Shown: positions 51,653 to 64,000 of the stretch, piece by piece
Layout: the number at the start of each line of letters is the position of its first letter
Position numbering within the stretch: the stretch's first letter is position 1
Assembly: GCA_051362555.1 (NCBI GenBank)
Contig: CM120644.1
Coordinates: 19,428,534-19,492,533 of the forward strand
DNA: 64,000 nucleotides
Direction: 5' to 3'
From: Lingula anatina
Taxonomy: Eukaryota; Animalia; Brachiopoda
Translations under genes and position numbers: made by a program
The notes under the pieces: model-generated
Told to the model about the DNA's origin: nothing
What the model saw: the letters and a program-made list of their open reading frames with translations, nothing else
The model's database searches: none

Positions 51653-54600
51653 TTCCCACCCACCCTCCCCAGGTAGACTTTCTTCTTATAGTAACCAAAG
51701 GAAATTTTTTTTTAAAGTCCTTGGGAAAATACTCAGTGGTATCCAAATACGCGAGCAGGAAAGTGAACCCAACCCGTGGGTACCAATGAACATGAAAATA
51801 ATACAACGCACTGAATAATTTTGGTATTTCTTTATTAATACCAAAACAAATTTCCATTCCATATATGCATGTATATTTAACAATCTTAAAACATCAGTTT
51901 GTGGGACTACAATTGTGATTTTTTTAAGTTTTGAAGGTTTGAATATAATGGTATCAACCAAGTTATTGAGATCCTCATTAGAATTCACTAAAAATGTAAC
52001 AAATTCAATCTATTTGATTTTACAAATAAAACTATCAACTAAACTTTTTATGAAGTATGATCTTATGTTTGATATTAAAGAAAATATTTCGGAAAAGACT
52101 TTTTCTTTTAAAAAATAACGCCGGATCTGGTATCCACCCCACCTTTAAAATCAGAAAAATCAAAAAGGAAACCCACTCTGGACTAACATTATCAAGTACA
52201 CATAATGCTACAAATTCCCTAGAATTTCACATTTTGACTACATTTAAATGTTCCAGATCCGACGTTGATTTTTTTCTGTTTCTAACCATACGATATAATA
52301 AGAATTATTTCAATAACTAAATACCTAAAATCATGAGCAATTCTACAACTCTTGTGACAAATGTTTTGCAATGAACTGAACAAAAATTAATTTCACATAG
52401 CACATGTAGAGAGAAAACATTTTTACACCTACTGATCGATCTAATAATAGAAAGTAAGTTTTTCAAAGTTGAGCCGATTTTGAAAAATGGTATCAATAAT
52501 TCTTTCGTCTTTACACAGAATCTAGATTTCTTTAAGAGACATCATCTTTCAGTTACATTTTACGAAAGTCACAGTGTACATACTACGAACCTAGACATCA
52601 GAAAATTGGTTCATTAACAAGAACAAGCTTATGAAATTAAGTTTTCTAATCTCTTCTCTGAGCGTTTAAAGAAAAGCAAAGGCACATACCCCCCCCCCCC
52701 CCCCCCCCCCCCCCGGTAGTGAGTGCCAGTCCCATATGTAGGTAATATTTAATTTTCCTAGAAATTTCAACAATAAATCACAAGGCATACAATAATTAGA
52801 ACAGTTAACAGCGATTCGACCCATAAAGTCATTAAATTGAAAAAAATAATAATAAATTAGCAATAAGTCACCAAGGTACACGGTATCCAGAACAGTTCAA
52901 AGCAATAAGATCCATAAAGTCATTTAATTTTCTCAGAAATTTTAACAACAAATCATCAAGGTGCAAGGTATACGGTATCGAAAACAGTTTATAGCATTGC
53001 GATTCATAAATTCGTTTATAGATTCAACAAAGTCCCTCTCGTATTGAAAATAGACAAAGGCCAATTTTACTTATGGCGGCAACATTTTGAAATTTACAAC
53101 TCAAAACGTGTTAATTTCTATTGTAAACCGCACTGAGGCGTAATGGAGGGCGACATATGACAACTAGACTTATTAAAAACTTTTACACATCGTACTTTTG
53201 TGAACGGTGTTGGATAAGAGTGTGCTTTGGTGATAAAGAGAAATTGTTGAATTTCTCAGGATGTTATTTTCTAGGTAAAGGTGTAACGCGCATTATATGC
53301 CTTTGAATTGAAATTAAAGCACATGTTTTTGAAGACAGTGATTTAAGTTTATATGCTGAACTCAAAATAATTAAGGACAAGAAATGAAAAATTGACATCA
53401 GCAAAAAATATTATTTAATGTAATATCCCCAATTTGTCATTAATTTTTATTGGATAAAAGAACACATTTTTAAAAGTATAGCTCACAGGACATCAGCAAA
53501 AACAATATTATTCAATGTAATATTACCAATATGTAATAAATTTAAACTGGACAAATCAGAGAAGAATATTAATTATCAGCTGTTTTATCTTATAAGAATG
53601 AAGTAACTTTCTTCAATCAACAACTTAATATTGAAATCAGAGAATGAGGCTATCCAGGTGAGTAATGATGAATGTTCTATTAGACATCAAAATATTGGAG
53701 GTAAAGGTAAACTATTTCAATATTAAGCTGTTGATTGAAGAAAAATTACTTCACTCTTTACTGAATAGAGGAATATATTCTCTTAAAGATATTTACAAAC
53801 ATTTTTATAACTACCTATTTTCCTACATATACTATCTCTCTCCTTTGCAAAAATATTGAGAAAAATGACCTACGCAAAATGTTTAATTTTACCCCTACGA
53901 CTATATCTACCACCCTGAGCTTCAGAGATAACTTGACACTAACCTCTTCACTATAGCCTATCTTCATCGTGTCAAGTTACCTCTGACCACATTCGATTGC
54001 CTCCGCCGCCCGCCAATCAAATTTAAAGTCCGCACTCAATGACTCATTGAACGATCTAGCCAATGAACGCGAACGAGTCAAAGCGCGCTTTGTTCAAATC
54101 CGGACCAATCAAAGATAAGGCTGAATATCAGGGACTTGCCGTAACCTGTGGGCAGCACGCAAAATACATCATCCCTCAGTAGATAATTATGCAGGGCATC
54201 AAACTGCTCTGGTTTCAATTCCGATATACTCCATGCTTTCTTTGTGTACGGTTATGCACTCGGAACTACTCGGATGTCTCCGCACTCGACAATAACTATG
54301 TTAGTATGGAGCTTGCGGAATCAGCCGAGGATTGCCGATTGACGGTCAACCAATCAGCGTTTTCACCAAACTTTGGTGAAAAATTTTGAAACATGGATTT
54401 GATTGGCTTATATAAACTAGGTCAAACTATTTTCGTCAGAGCATAGAAGTAGAGAAAATGGAATGCCAACTTCAAATCTCGCAGGCCGAGCTTGTGACCC
54501 CGAGAGTTGGGGAGTTTCACTTCCGGTTTCCATGCCGCTGCATTCAACTCACGCTCTACATGTTTCAATAACTACTTTTCATAGCGACTAGAGCTAGTTT

Positions 54601-55265
54601 TTACGATAATGTGATTTGCTATGGCGTAAACGGGAGTCTGGACATTCTAACTGCAGTTTTTATGGTGTGAAAACGGAATCATTAAAACCCAAAGCGCTTT
54701 ATTTGGTGCGTATGACAGAGTGTATTACCGAAGTCGAAGATAACACGGAATATAATTTAGCAATGTAAGTAATAACTTTTGTATTTTAATACAATATTGT
54801 GTTTTTTAAGCGTAAATTTAAGGAGTGAGAGGCTCATTCATGATATGATCTGTCCTTGAATACAATGGTCGTCTGACGCCGATTGTTTTCCGTTTATCCC
54901 TCAAGTGTCCATGTACGGTCTTCGAGAAATCTGTGAACTAAATGTCGTTATCCAAGCTGTTAATAAAAGCACAGAATATTTATACATATAAATATTACAT
55001 ATTTAGTTGTCCCCTTTTCATTTTATGCATTTGTACAAGCAAAATACGAACATGTTTAATAAGAAAAAATGGAAATATCAAAGTCATACTTGGAGTTGTG
55101 CCATACCACCAGAGGATCATTGCAACACTAAACTAGATCAGTTATAGCTGGTTATTACTCCTGGAGATATAGCTTCAACATATAATTAAGATATACCTGA
55201 CTATGTAGGACTAATAATAATAATAATTTATTAGAAATGTAAATTTTTATTCTGTTCTTTTCAAG

Positions 55266-55726
55266 GGTGTCAAGAAGGAGTTTCTGTTGTGTTATTCTAT
55301 GCAGTGCCTCTTCACAGAAGTGCAAGGGTCTTTCTTTCCACAGCTTGCCTAAGGTAAAATTGAAGCAACACAAAATAATAATCAAGCAAACCATTTTATT
55401 ATTATCTCTTTTGCACCTTTTCACAGTTGAATAACTTACTTCTTTCACAATAATTATATATAAAACGACAATTTATTAAATCTCATAATGTTCAATATTT
55501 TACACCTTCATATGCCAGCTTTTGATTCTACAAAGAAACTCCCATTTCTAAGGCGAGTACAAGAATTAAGGTGGTACATGTATCTTTTCATATCCACAGG
55601 AGTGTCTGAGGTTTCAGACAAATGGAGAAGTCAGCTGATCCACTGCATCAACAGATGTGACAGCTACTTCAATCCTGAGAAAGTCAAGATCTGTTCCAGT
55701 TATTTTGAAGCACTGTTTCATTAAAT
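55266..55726 (+). pseudogene. THAP zinc-finger relic (exons 55266-55353 and 55600-55726)
   Basis: FCCVILCSASSQKCKGLSFHSLPK | VSEVSDKWRSQLIHCINRCDSYFNPEKVKICSSYFE follows the THAP pattern C..C, FH.LP, W, R, ICS.HF with His changed to Tyr. Exon phases are off by one. Confidence 0.8.
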
Positions 55727-57941
55727 GTATGTGTACATTCAGGCTGTATAATTGGGGGATGAATATTATCTCATGAAAGTTTATTGAACTCGATTGAAAT
55801 GAATTAACATCCCTTTCACCTCCTTATTACAACTTAAATTCAACATTGCTGTTTGCTTACCAAATGAGGACTTATGTCTCGGTTTCAAAGCTTTATTTTT
55901 TTACATCAGACATTTAGCAGTGCACACATGTATGGTGAAACTGATTGTAGTTACATACAAATTGAGACTATCCTTACTTTAAAATAGAAATCTATAAATT
56001 AAGAAATGTGCATAATAAGGGCAGAATTTGTACATTTAGCATGTTATGTAGAACTAAAATGGCAGTCTGGAATAACAGAATTAGAGCATTGGAAAAATGT
56101 ATCTGTATAGGAAATTTTTTCCTAAAATTTTTTCATTTCCATCAACATAGGCTGCATTTGTAGTGATAGATGCAAGTCTGCCTTGTGACTTAGCAGCCTG
56201 CAATGTCTGCTTCTGGCTGTGTACTTTTATCTCCGAGTTGACTCAGTTTTTCCTTGTTATCACTTCCCCTTCATCTATGTTTCAGTTTGCTGACTACAAA
56301 AACCACCAATCATTATAGTGTGTGATGTCTACCTCTGTCCGTTTGATGGAATCGACAACATTTTCTGCACTAGTAGGGCTGATGAAATGTGCATCCAGGA
56401 CTTAACTGAAGATCTCAACTGCCAACCAGACTGCTGTAATGTCTTGTATGCTGGTTGTAGCAGTGAAGATAGCTGACTGGGATGCCTCTCTGTTCAGCCT
56501 GGAGACCTTGGACTTCTTTACCAAACAGGGAGATATATATTGTCCCAAAAGGTTGCAGAAACCTGAAACTAAATTAGAACTGTATGCTAGTGATGCACGT
56601 TTTTTAAAAGTACTAATGGCAGAGTACAACTAATTATGTCTGACTCCAGATTTTGACATATCCAAGAATATTGCTGTTTGAGAAATCCGTTTCAATACGA
56701 CATCTTTATTTTTAACTATGGCTATGTAAAACATTGGCTTTTAAATGTATACTGACAGTCAATAAAATCATAGCATTTATTTATCAAATAATATTTTAAG
56801 TTCCTTTGGCACATTAAGAAAATGACAGTTTTCATGTGAAATATGACACATTATTCAGTCACACATTTCACTCTTTTATGACCAAAAGAGAGTTGGAATC
56901 GATTCTCGTTAAAAAAAGGACAAGAAAGTTTTCTGATGCACTTTCACTGTCTGTCACCATATATTAAAGAATAATCCATAGTATAACATGAACAAGAGCT
57001 GAGAAAAAAATCGAGTATGCAGGCAAGAAAAAGTTACCATTATAATAAACTATGCAGGCAAGGAAAAGTTACCATTATTAAAAACAGGTTGAAATACTAT
57101 TGTGATTAAGTTCAACCCAATATTGCATTTACACTTTAAAATAAATTAATTGCACCAATAGTATTCTATGGGTCAGATGTATGAGGCTTCAAACTGTGTG
57201 AACAGGTGCTGATATTATTTAAGGAAAATTTAAGGTGTAAAATCAAGCACTTCCAAATTAGCTATCTTAGGTGATGGCATCAGATAACCCATGGTTTGCA
57301 GCTAAGAGTAGAAAAAAAAAATTAATAATAATAATAATAAATAAATAAAATTTAAAAAATAATAAAATAAAAAAAAAAATGAAATAAACAGAGGAGAAAA
57401 TAACAAACTATAAAATGCTTTTAAAGATAGATGAGGCATGATGTATTACATGGAAAACAAGTAAAAACATTTTTATATAGTTTTGGAAGTGCGTGGTATA
57501 ATTAAGGCACAGGAAATAATTTATTTTTTGGATTTCTTGAACATTAGACTGAAATATTACCATGTTCAAGAGTGTATTAAACAATTGCAAAATATCTCTA
57601 AACTGAAATCATTGTATTTTCTAAATGTTTCAGCTGAAGATGCTTTATGTATTTATATCTGATTTCTCTAAATTTCACTGTTCTTATCATATACTGATGA
57701 TTGATCAAAGTAGACAAGAAAACATTCCATAGAAATATAAAAATTTTATATGCAGGTCAAGAGTAAAATTCATTTGCTATTATTGTTATTATGTATGCAG
57801 TAACAGCTGTTATTGCTACTATAACTGATACATATTTGGAACTTTGTAATTTTGATAAAAGCCTTGAAATACTGAAATAAATATATTCTTTAACAATGTA
57901 CCTTTCGAAGTTTCCTTTTGCATATTTATAGCTGCTGTATG

Positions 57942-58759
57942 TCAACAAAATGCTGGATGCAGCTTTTCCAGGGATTGCTCCACTAATTGTGAGATTTCAG
58001 TCACCTGAAGTAGTAAATTTACAAAAGCACTGTCAACAAATTATTTTTGTATTTGTATCATGTTTCATTATTAATGTAAATGCATAATATCTAACGAAAA
58101 GGAATGTACTGTTCCAATTTCCATGTAACTATAAAATGTTTAATCATATAAAAATGTTCTCAAACAAAAAAAAAATGTTCAGAAAGATGGTTATTTTTAT
58201 TTATTGCAACATACTAGGGTGGTGCTACTGGTTGCGTGGTGCTCTGTACGGCGAGTTGCAGCATACTGAATCTCTCTTCAAAATCATCCTATAAACAGAA
58301 AATTTACTTAAAATTTTGGAAAAAATAACTTACAACAAATACAAAATTTTAATGATAATGAATGTGAGTAGGATTCAACTTAATGAGGTGATTTAATATC
58401 GGTAGTAAAAAATTATTGGGTTGCCTTTTCCTTGGCAGGAAAATTGCTAGCAGCCTTGTATTTAGTTGTAAACAAAAGCATTAAATATCAAATTCCCTAG
58501 TTAAGGGACAGAATTTTATTCCAACTTTTTTCAAGTATGATGTGCAGTCAAACTACAGTTCACGGCTAGTTCGGACTTATATTCCGTTGCTGTACAGATA
58601 TATCATTACTTGATCACGACAGGGAAAGTAAAACTCTGCCGGCTGTCCACGTGTGAGATCGCTCGATTATCGTCGATTTTATCCACATGCTGCAATCCAG
58701 CTTCGTTTAATCAAGCTAAGAGACAGACTTACCTCCAATAATGTCAACTTCGAGGCCAT
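57942..58759 (-). CDS. Tiny spliced gene inside the transposon (exons 58759-58733, 58288-~58214, possibly 58004-57942)
   Basis: ATG..GAG|GTAAGT, then TTTCTGTTTATAG| in phase, giving MASKLTLLEDDFEERFSMLQLAVQSTTQPVAPP*. A further GTATGT donor and CTTCAG| acceptor lead to VTEISQLVEQSLEKLHPAFC*. Confidence 0.5.
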
Positions 58760-59023
58760 TATTAATCAAATTGAACCAAAAATCTGTCAAAATGACGCTC
58801 AATAAGGTCGCGCGTCAAGGTTATTTTCAGTTGCACCCTGGATTACGCACGCTTGCTCCGCAAGGTGTCGCCTGTGGTGGGGGGGCATCACAGCCCATAT
58901 GGTTACTGTGGCGAAGGTGACAGGTACTTCCAAACATTTTTTCATAACTGTCATTTTTCCTTATTCTATTCATGAATTTGATATTTACGGCAATTGAAAA
59001 TGTGGCACCGGCAAAAGTGAATC

Positions 59024-59240
59024 TAGGTGCGTTGACAGGCCGCACAGGTGTCCCCAATTAACCGCCGCCAGAGAAGAGACCCCAAGCATTAAACAACACA
59101 ACCGGTAGATATTGGAAATTTGGAGAAAGTTAAGCAACTGAGGCTTTATTAGATTTGGACAGAAATCGGGGGTAATGCCCAGTGACATGCCAAACCCCTA
59201 AGTTCAAGTCTTGGCCCTTGACACCTGTAACGCACCCCTA
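59024..59240. mobile_element. Small degenerate MITE inside the P-like element
   Basis: TAGG-TGCGTTGACAGG / CCTGT-AACGCACCCCTA inverted ends; no TSD found. Confidence 0.45.
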
Positions 59241-60107
59241 GTCAAGAATCTGAACAAATCAATGTTGGGCAGGTATAGGGTATACTCTATTTTCTACAGG
59301 TGTTTTGTGATTTTATCAAGTGCCTTTTGTTCTCAGGAACTAGTAGCAAACTTTATCAGATAACAATCTGACACTAACCAAGCTGCACTAACAGCGCTGT
59401 AAACCCAGTTATCAATGCTGTCATCTTTACCTGTATCTTTACCGGTATTATGCCAGTGGTACGTTTGATACATTTGAGTAGTAAATATGCTTTTATGCTT
59501 ACATTCATTTGTAATACGTTAGCATCAACCTGTTAATAAAAACTTGGAAACTTTCAATGTTATTACACAATAACAGTATAATGATGGGAACTGTTACGAT
59601 TAAATGCTTAGAAGAATAATAAAAACAAATTATGTGAAATATAAAATGAATTGATTTTATTTGGGTTATTTATTTACTTATTTCAAACCAAGTAATTATC
59701 AAACATGAAGCTTATTTTAAGACACATTCGCAGATATATGAAATATAACCCTGCTGGTACACAGATCTACAGTTCTAAAATGCAAATACCAAGTACCTTT
59801 CACACACCACTGATGAGATGTGAATAATCATATGTATAAAGTAGTAAAAATATCACAAAATGTGTGTAAGCAAGATATTTCTACAAGTAACCTCATTAAT
59901 CAGTCAGGAAACTTCATAATGCACCCAATAAATGTAGAAATTTGAGCCAGAGAAATTCTACATACAGGCATGACAGATTTACCATATATTGCCATCAACC
60001 CTTAACTGAATGGGCATAGAAAGAACAAAGTGAGTCTCCCTCCCATTAAAAATGAGAAATAAAAATAAATAAATAAATAACATATACTGTCATTTTTAAT
60101 ACTGAAA

Positions 60108-60498
60108 AACAATGGCACCTTGCAGCCTTCACTGCCTCACTATTTGCAGACAATGTTCTAGTCACTGTAACTGTGTACTTTTGATGAGGCATAGATGCAA
60201 GAATAACTTCTTTGAAGTATATTGTGAAGGTCTCTTTTGTCATAAATCTGCCACATATAACCTGAATGTACATATTGCGATTCACACCGCAGCAGCTTGT
60301 CTTAGTAAGGACTCAACCAGTTTGAAAACTGGTGGCATAGCTTCAGGGACAAGATCACACCATCTATCCTTGCTGCGATGATGGATCTACTAGTACATTA
60401 TCTATGTCTTGTCCTCCTAGTTTCTCTAATACCATTTCCCCTGATCTATGCTCACATCAGTCTCTACAGCTTTACCAACTGCTACACAGTTTTTACAT
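60108..60498 (-). pseudogene. SWIM-zinc-finger-type transposon accessory gene relic
   Basis: TTTCAG acceptor. IYFKEVILASM..KYTVTV..LSANSEAVKAARCHC resembles the V.ASM..Y.V.V.L....V..A.C.C lead-in of SWIM proteins of ISL2EU/Kolobok-type elements. It breaks off after CxC. Confidence 0.6.
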
Positions 60499-62224
60499 CT
60501 GAAAGTATAAAGCAAAAATTGTAATAAAGCACCATCAATTTACTTGTTAGATATTGATTCGAGGACAAGAGAAAAATGCAGAAACCTCATATCATAATCA
60601 AGATAGTTGAAAATCAAATATGCATAATCAAATTAATAGCTTTAATTGTACATACTACTGATGATTTAATCTTTTAAAATTCAGCATAAATTTCTCTTGT
60701 TAAAGCATAGACACTTTATTAAAATGTGCTTGAACAAATAATAATAATAATAAACAACCTGCACACAAGATGGAACATGGAGGTCAATTGCCACAAAATA
60801 AGCTGATTTGTACTTGGTAGCCTGAGAAATAGTATCAGGTATTAATTTGAGTAGTAAATTGAGTAATAATACCACAGAGTTAACAATGACACAAGCATAT
60901 GGTGTTGTGTAACAAAATCCATGCATTTATTGCTGTGGCAGTGTCCTCCCCAACCTATCGTGCACCGCAGGTTTTGATTTTCAATGTCATCAAAAATGTT
61001 TATTGTTGTTAGTTTGATTTACGTATCTGCTATTCAAATAATATCGTTTGGAAATAACTAACTGATTTAATTATGCTTTTGCAACATGAAATCATCATTA
61101 ACTTTGCCGGTTCACGTGTATACCAGTACAGTACCTTGCTATCAGTGCTGCTCTTTTCTCCCTAACTCGTCACTGACAGGCTAACCACATCGTTTCAAAA
61201 CAACGTTGGTATGCTCCTTTACTTTTGGTGTTGGCAGTTTCGCCCCGGGGACATCGTTTTTTGCTAAAAACAACGTATCGTTTTCACCCATCTATACATT
61301 GCTCCTGTACAAAATGGCCGCTTGCTGCCCCCCCAAGGGAAAAATCGTAGCACGTGGGTAGTTACGCAAGACCTGTGACGTATAACGCGCGCAAGGTTAT
61401 TGTCTTAGCACGCCTGCTCCCCATTCACATGTAGTGCAACGAAAGTTGACCGGAAGTAAAACTACCCAACTCTCGCCCAACTCTCGTGGTCACAAGCTCG
61501 TAACACAGAGGGCAATACAAATCTCGCGGGAGTTGGCATTCCATTTTCTCTACTTCTATGGTCAGAGGTAACTTGACACGATGAAGATAGGCTATAGTGA
61601 AGAGGTTAGTGTCAAGTTATCTCTGAAGCTCAGGGTGATATCTACTAACGCAGTCCAATTAACATGAAGTGCATATGAGATATGAAGAGCTGGCGAAAAT
61701 GTGGAGGAAGCAAAATGGCGAAAATATTGGGATATTTCCAAAACTAGTTTTAAGCATTTAGGCATCAAAAATGAATCACAAATAAGTTATCATCAAATAT
61801 CTAATATTAATATCTTAAAACGTTGTACTAAATCAGTTGAAACTGATATATTCATATACTTAGTACATGTATCTGGACCGCCTCGCATCCACTCCCTGGT
61901 CACTCAGAACTGATGAAGACGTGACATCTCTTTCTGGAGTGTTGGTTACATATGATTCATGGGGGAGGAGGCAGGATATTTTGGACACATTGTTCACCCA
62001 ATTATCATCAATATCTGATAAGTAAACCTTCATTGACAATTTACTGCAATAAAAATGCATAGGACGCATTTGTGTTAGATATATTTCAAAATACGCCATT
62101 GATAAGATTAACCCCATACCCTGACACCCCTACAATGAAACATTATTTTCGTCACTGGTTTTGATCAAATACACGTTTTTATCTGAACAGAGTTTAGTAT
62201 ATTGGACCAACCTGATCGTACTAT

Positions 62225-62240
62225 GGCGCCATCTGCTGGA
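62225..62240 (-). promoter_or_regulatory. CTCF-like binding motif
   Basis: Minus strand TCCAGCAGATGGCGCC matches the CCASYAGRKGGCRC consensus; motif match only. Confidence 0.5.
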
Positions 62241-63939
62241 ATCAGCAGACTAAAACTTTAAGAACTTTAAATCATGTGATCATATTTGAATGTACGATGT
62301 TGTAGTCTTCGTTTACCTTCACAATGACAAATAATCTTTCGAATATATATCTGTGTGCGTACGTGGAACCTGGTCATGATAACGAAGGCGTTTATTAAAT
62401 TATCCCAGATTTTACAGAGTTTTGGCCAGTGACAGGAAAGAAGGGTTGATTAGTTGGAGAAAAATACCACTTATCCCAGGAAAATCCGTGCAATATTTTA
62501 GCGCGTCAGCACAAACGCCGTGAAGATACGCTATGCCTATATTTTGCCGAAGCATTTAATTCAAATTGATTTTTTTTACACTTTGCATCATACAACCAGT
62601 TTTCATAACGTCCGTCTGTACTGTCATGCACAAGTTATAACAGTTTTATTCTACCTCCCCAATATCCTCCTGTCATTTCATGCTGTCAATATTGACATAT
62701 ACAAGATTTCAACATATATCATACATCACATGATTCTTTCACATACAGCACTTGAATAACATATTTTATGTAATGAAAGAAATGAAATTCCATTCGTATC
62801 AAATATTTTTTCTTCGGGAATTGATATTTCAAATTGTTTCGCCTCCGCCTGGCGTTTGGTAGAATACAGAAAAGGTGGTGATTATACGAGAAAGTTAGAA
62901 ACAAGAGGAGGTGTGTTAATCTGTTAAACTGATTGCATTCAGCAGAGTTGGATTGATCTACATAGAACGAAATGGAATGAAACCTTAGATTAATTAAAAT
63001 GTATCTTATTATTATTGTAGTGCTCTTAATATTTATCTAGAACTTCAACCCTCTGGGTTATCAATATCTTATCAATAAATAAGAAATAATCATTATTATA
63101 CAGGGTGATATTCTGGCGTCTGTTCTGTCTCAACATGATTGCGACGTCTTCCACAGAATTGATGAAAATGTGTTAGGTGTGACAAGTCGCTCACCGCTTT
63201 GTTTTAAGGTGACACGATGAGTGTCTTCTCTCGAGGTAGATTCTACTTTATTTTGAATAAGACCGGTGGTGGGTTGTGCCTTACGACAACCATGACAGAA
63301 TTTTTACCGCGTTCTCTTTTCATTTGTGTTGCACCAGGATTGACACGCATTTCCATTCCATGTATTAATAGGAGGTTAATTTTTACGAGATTGGACACAG
63401 GTAACTGTTATATCCTTATCTGTAGTAAAAAAATTAAGATATCAGTCGCATATTTTATTTTTAGAAACGAGAAAAATGAGTACGTTTTCAGTTGAAAAAC
63501 CAAAATAAAGTCAACTGGTAAATTATTGCATTTGGATTAGTATCAGGAATAAGTTTATTTTAATAGCTTAAAAGCCTTTTTTGGTAGAAAACCTTGTCTT
63601 CAAACTTGTTCTCCTGCTGAATACGTCCAGTAAAAAAGAATTATGTAATTTAGCACGATAGATTAAACAGGCTGGAAGATCAGATCTGCTACAGCTGTAT
63701 GTATATGTGATTGTATGTATTCATTGTCATTATTCCAAAGTAAATAAACTATATAAGATTGTGTGGATAATAAAAAAATGCAATCCTTCTTGAATTTGAT
63801 TTTTTTCTCAATTTCTTTATTATTCGAATAATCTTGTTATCTTAATCTTAATGCCGAATTGATCATTCAATATGGACATGAAAATTATGGAAATTTCATG
63901 GCAGTTGAATACCACATCCTCGCGATCTAACGTAAGACA

Positions 63940-63942
<3 letters not shown>

Positions 63943-63978
<36 letters not shown>
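63943..63978. repeat. (TC)n microsatellite
   Basis: Direct reading. Confidence 0.97.
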
Positions 63979-63983
<5 letters not shown>

Positions 63984-64000
63984 CAGCAGAACCACAGACA

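Larger units (their letters stand above)
54442..61560. mobile_element. 7.1-kb P-like DNA transposon (non-autonomous) nested in the MITE
   Basis: Perfect 30-bp TIR CATAGAAGTAGAGAAAATGGAATGCCAACT, subterminal inverted CGAGCTTGTGACC..GAGAGTTGGG..ACTTCCGG, 7-bp TSD GTCAGAG and an internal THAP relic. Confidence 0.88.
53911..61637. mobile_element. Outer MITE (~600 bp when empty) with perfect 77-bp TIRs and an 8-bp TSD
   Basis: 53911-53987 is the exact reverse complement of 61561-61637; ATATCTAC at 53903-53910 and 61638-61645. Confidence 0.93.

Noticed and set aside
56290-56633. Candidate transposase catalytic exon within the P-like element
   Set aside because: No P-type or other DDE motif could be read confidently in any frame.

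Overview
AT-rich, intron-containing animal genomic DNA; the repeat types and gene families suggest a marine lophotrochozoan such as a mollusc (inference). Host genes: two single-exon TRIM-NHL genes on the minus strand, a 4-exon secreted coiled-coil + C-type lectin gene with a frameshift just after its EPN motif, and a multi-exon polycystin-1 (PKD1)-like gene that stops after the TM4/TM5-like segment and has a frameshifted PLAT exon. Most of the remainder is nested DNA transposons: two Tc1-type elements, an intron-containing Harbinger transposase pseudogene with five copies of a 3-bp-TSD MITE, Helentron-associated (HINE-like) elements of two families, an Academ-like foldback and an EnSpm-like MITE nest. 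The most unusual structure is a 7.1-kb element with P-like ends (30-bp TIR, 7-bp TSD) inside a MITE with perfect 77-bp TIRs and an 8-bp TSD. It carries THAP and SWIM-like relics on opposite strands and a tiny spliced gene. All calls come from reading the sequence by eye; no database searches were run.
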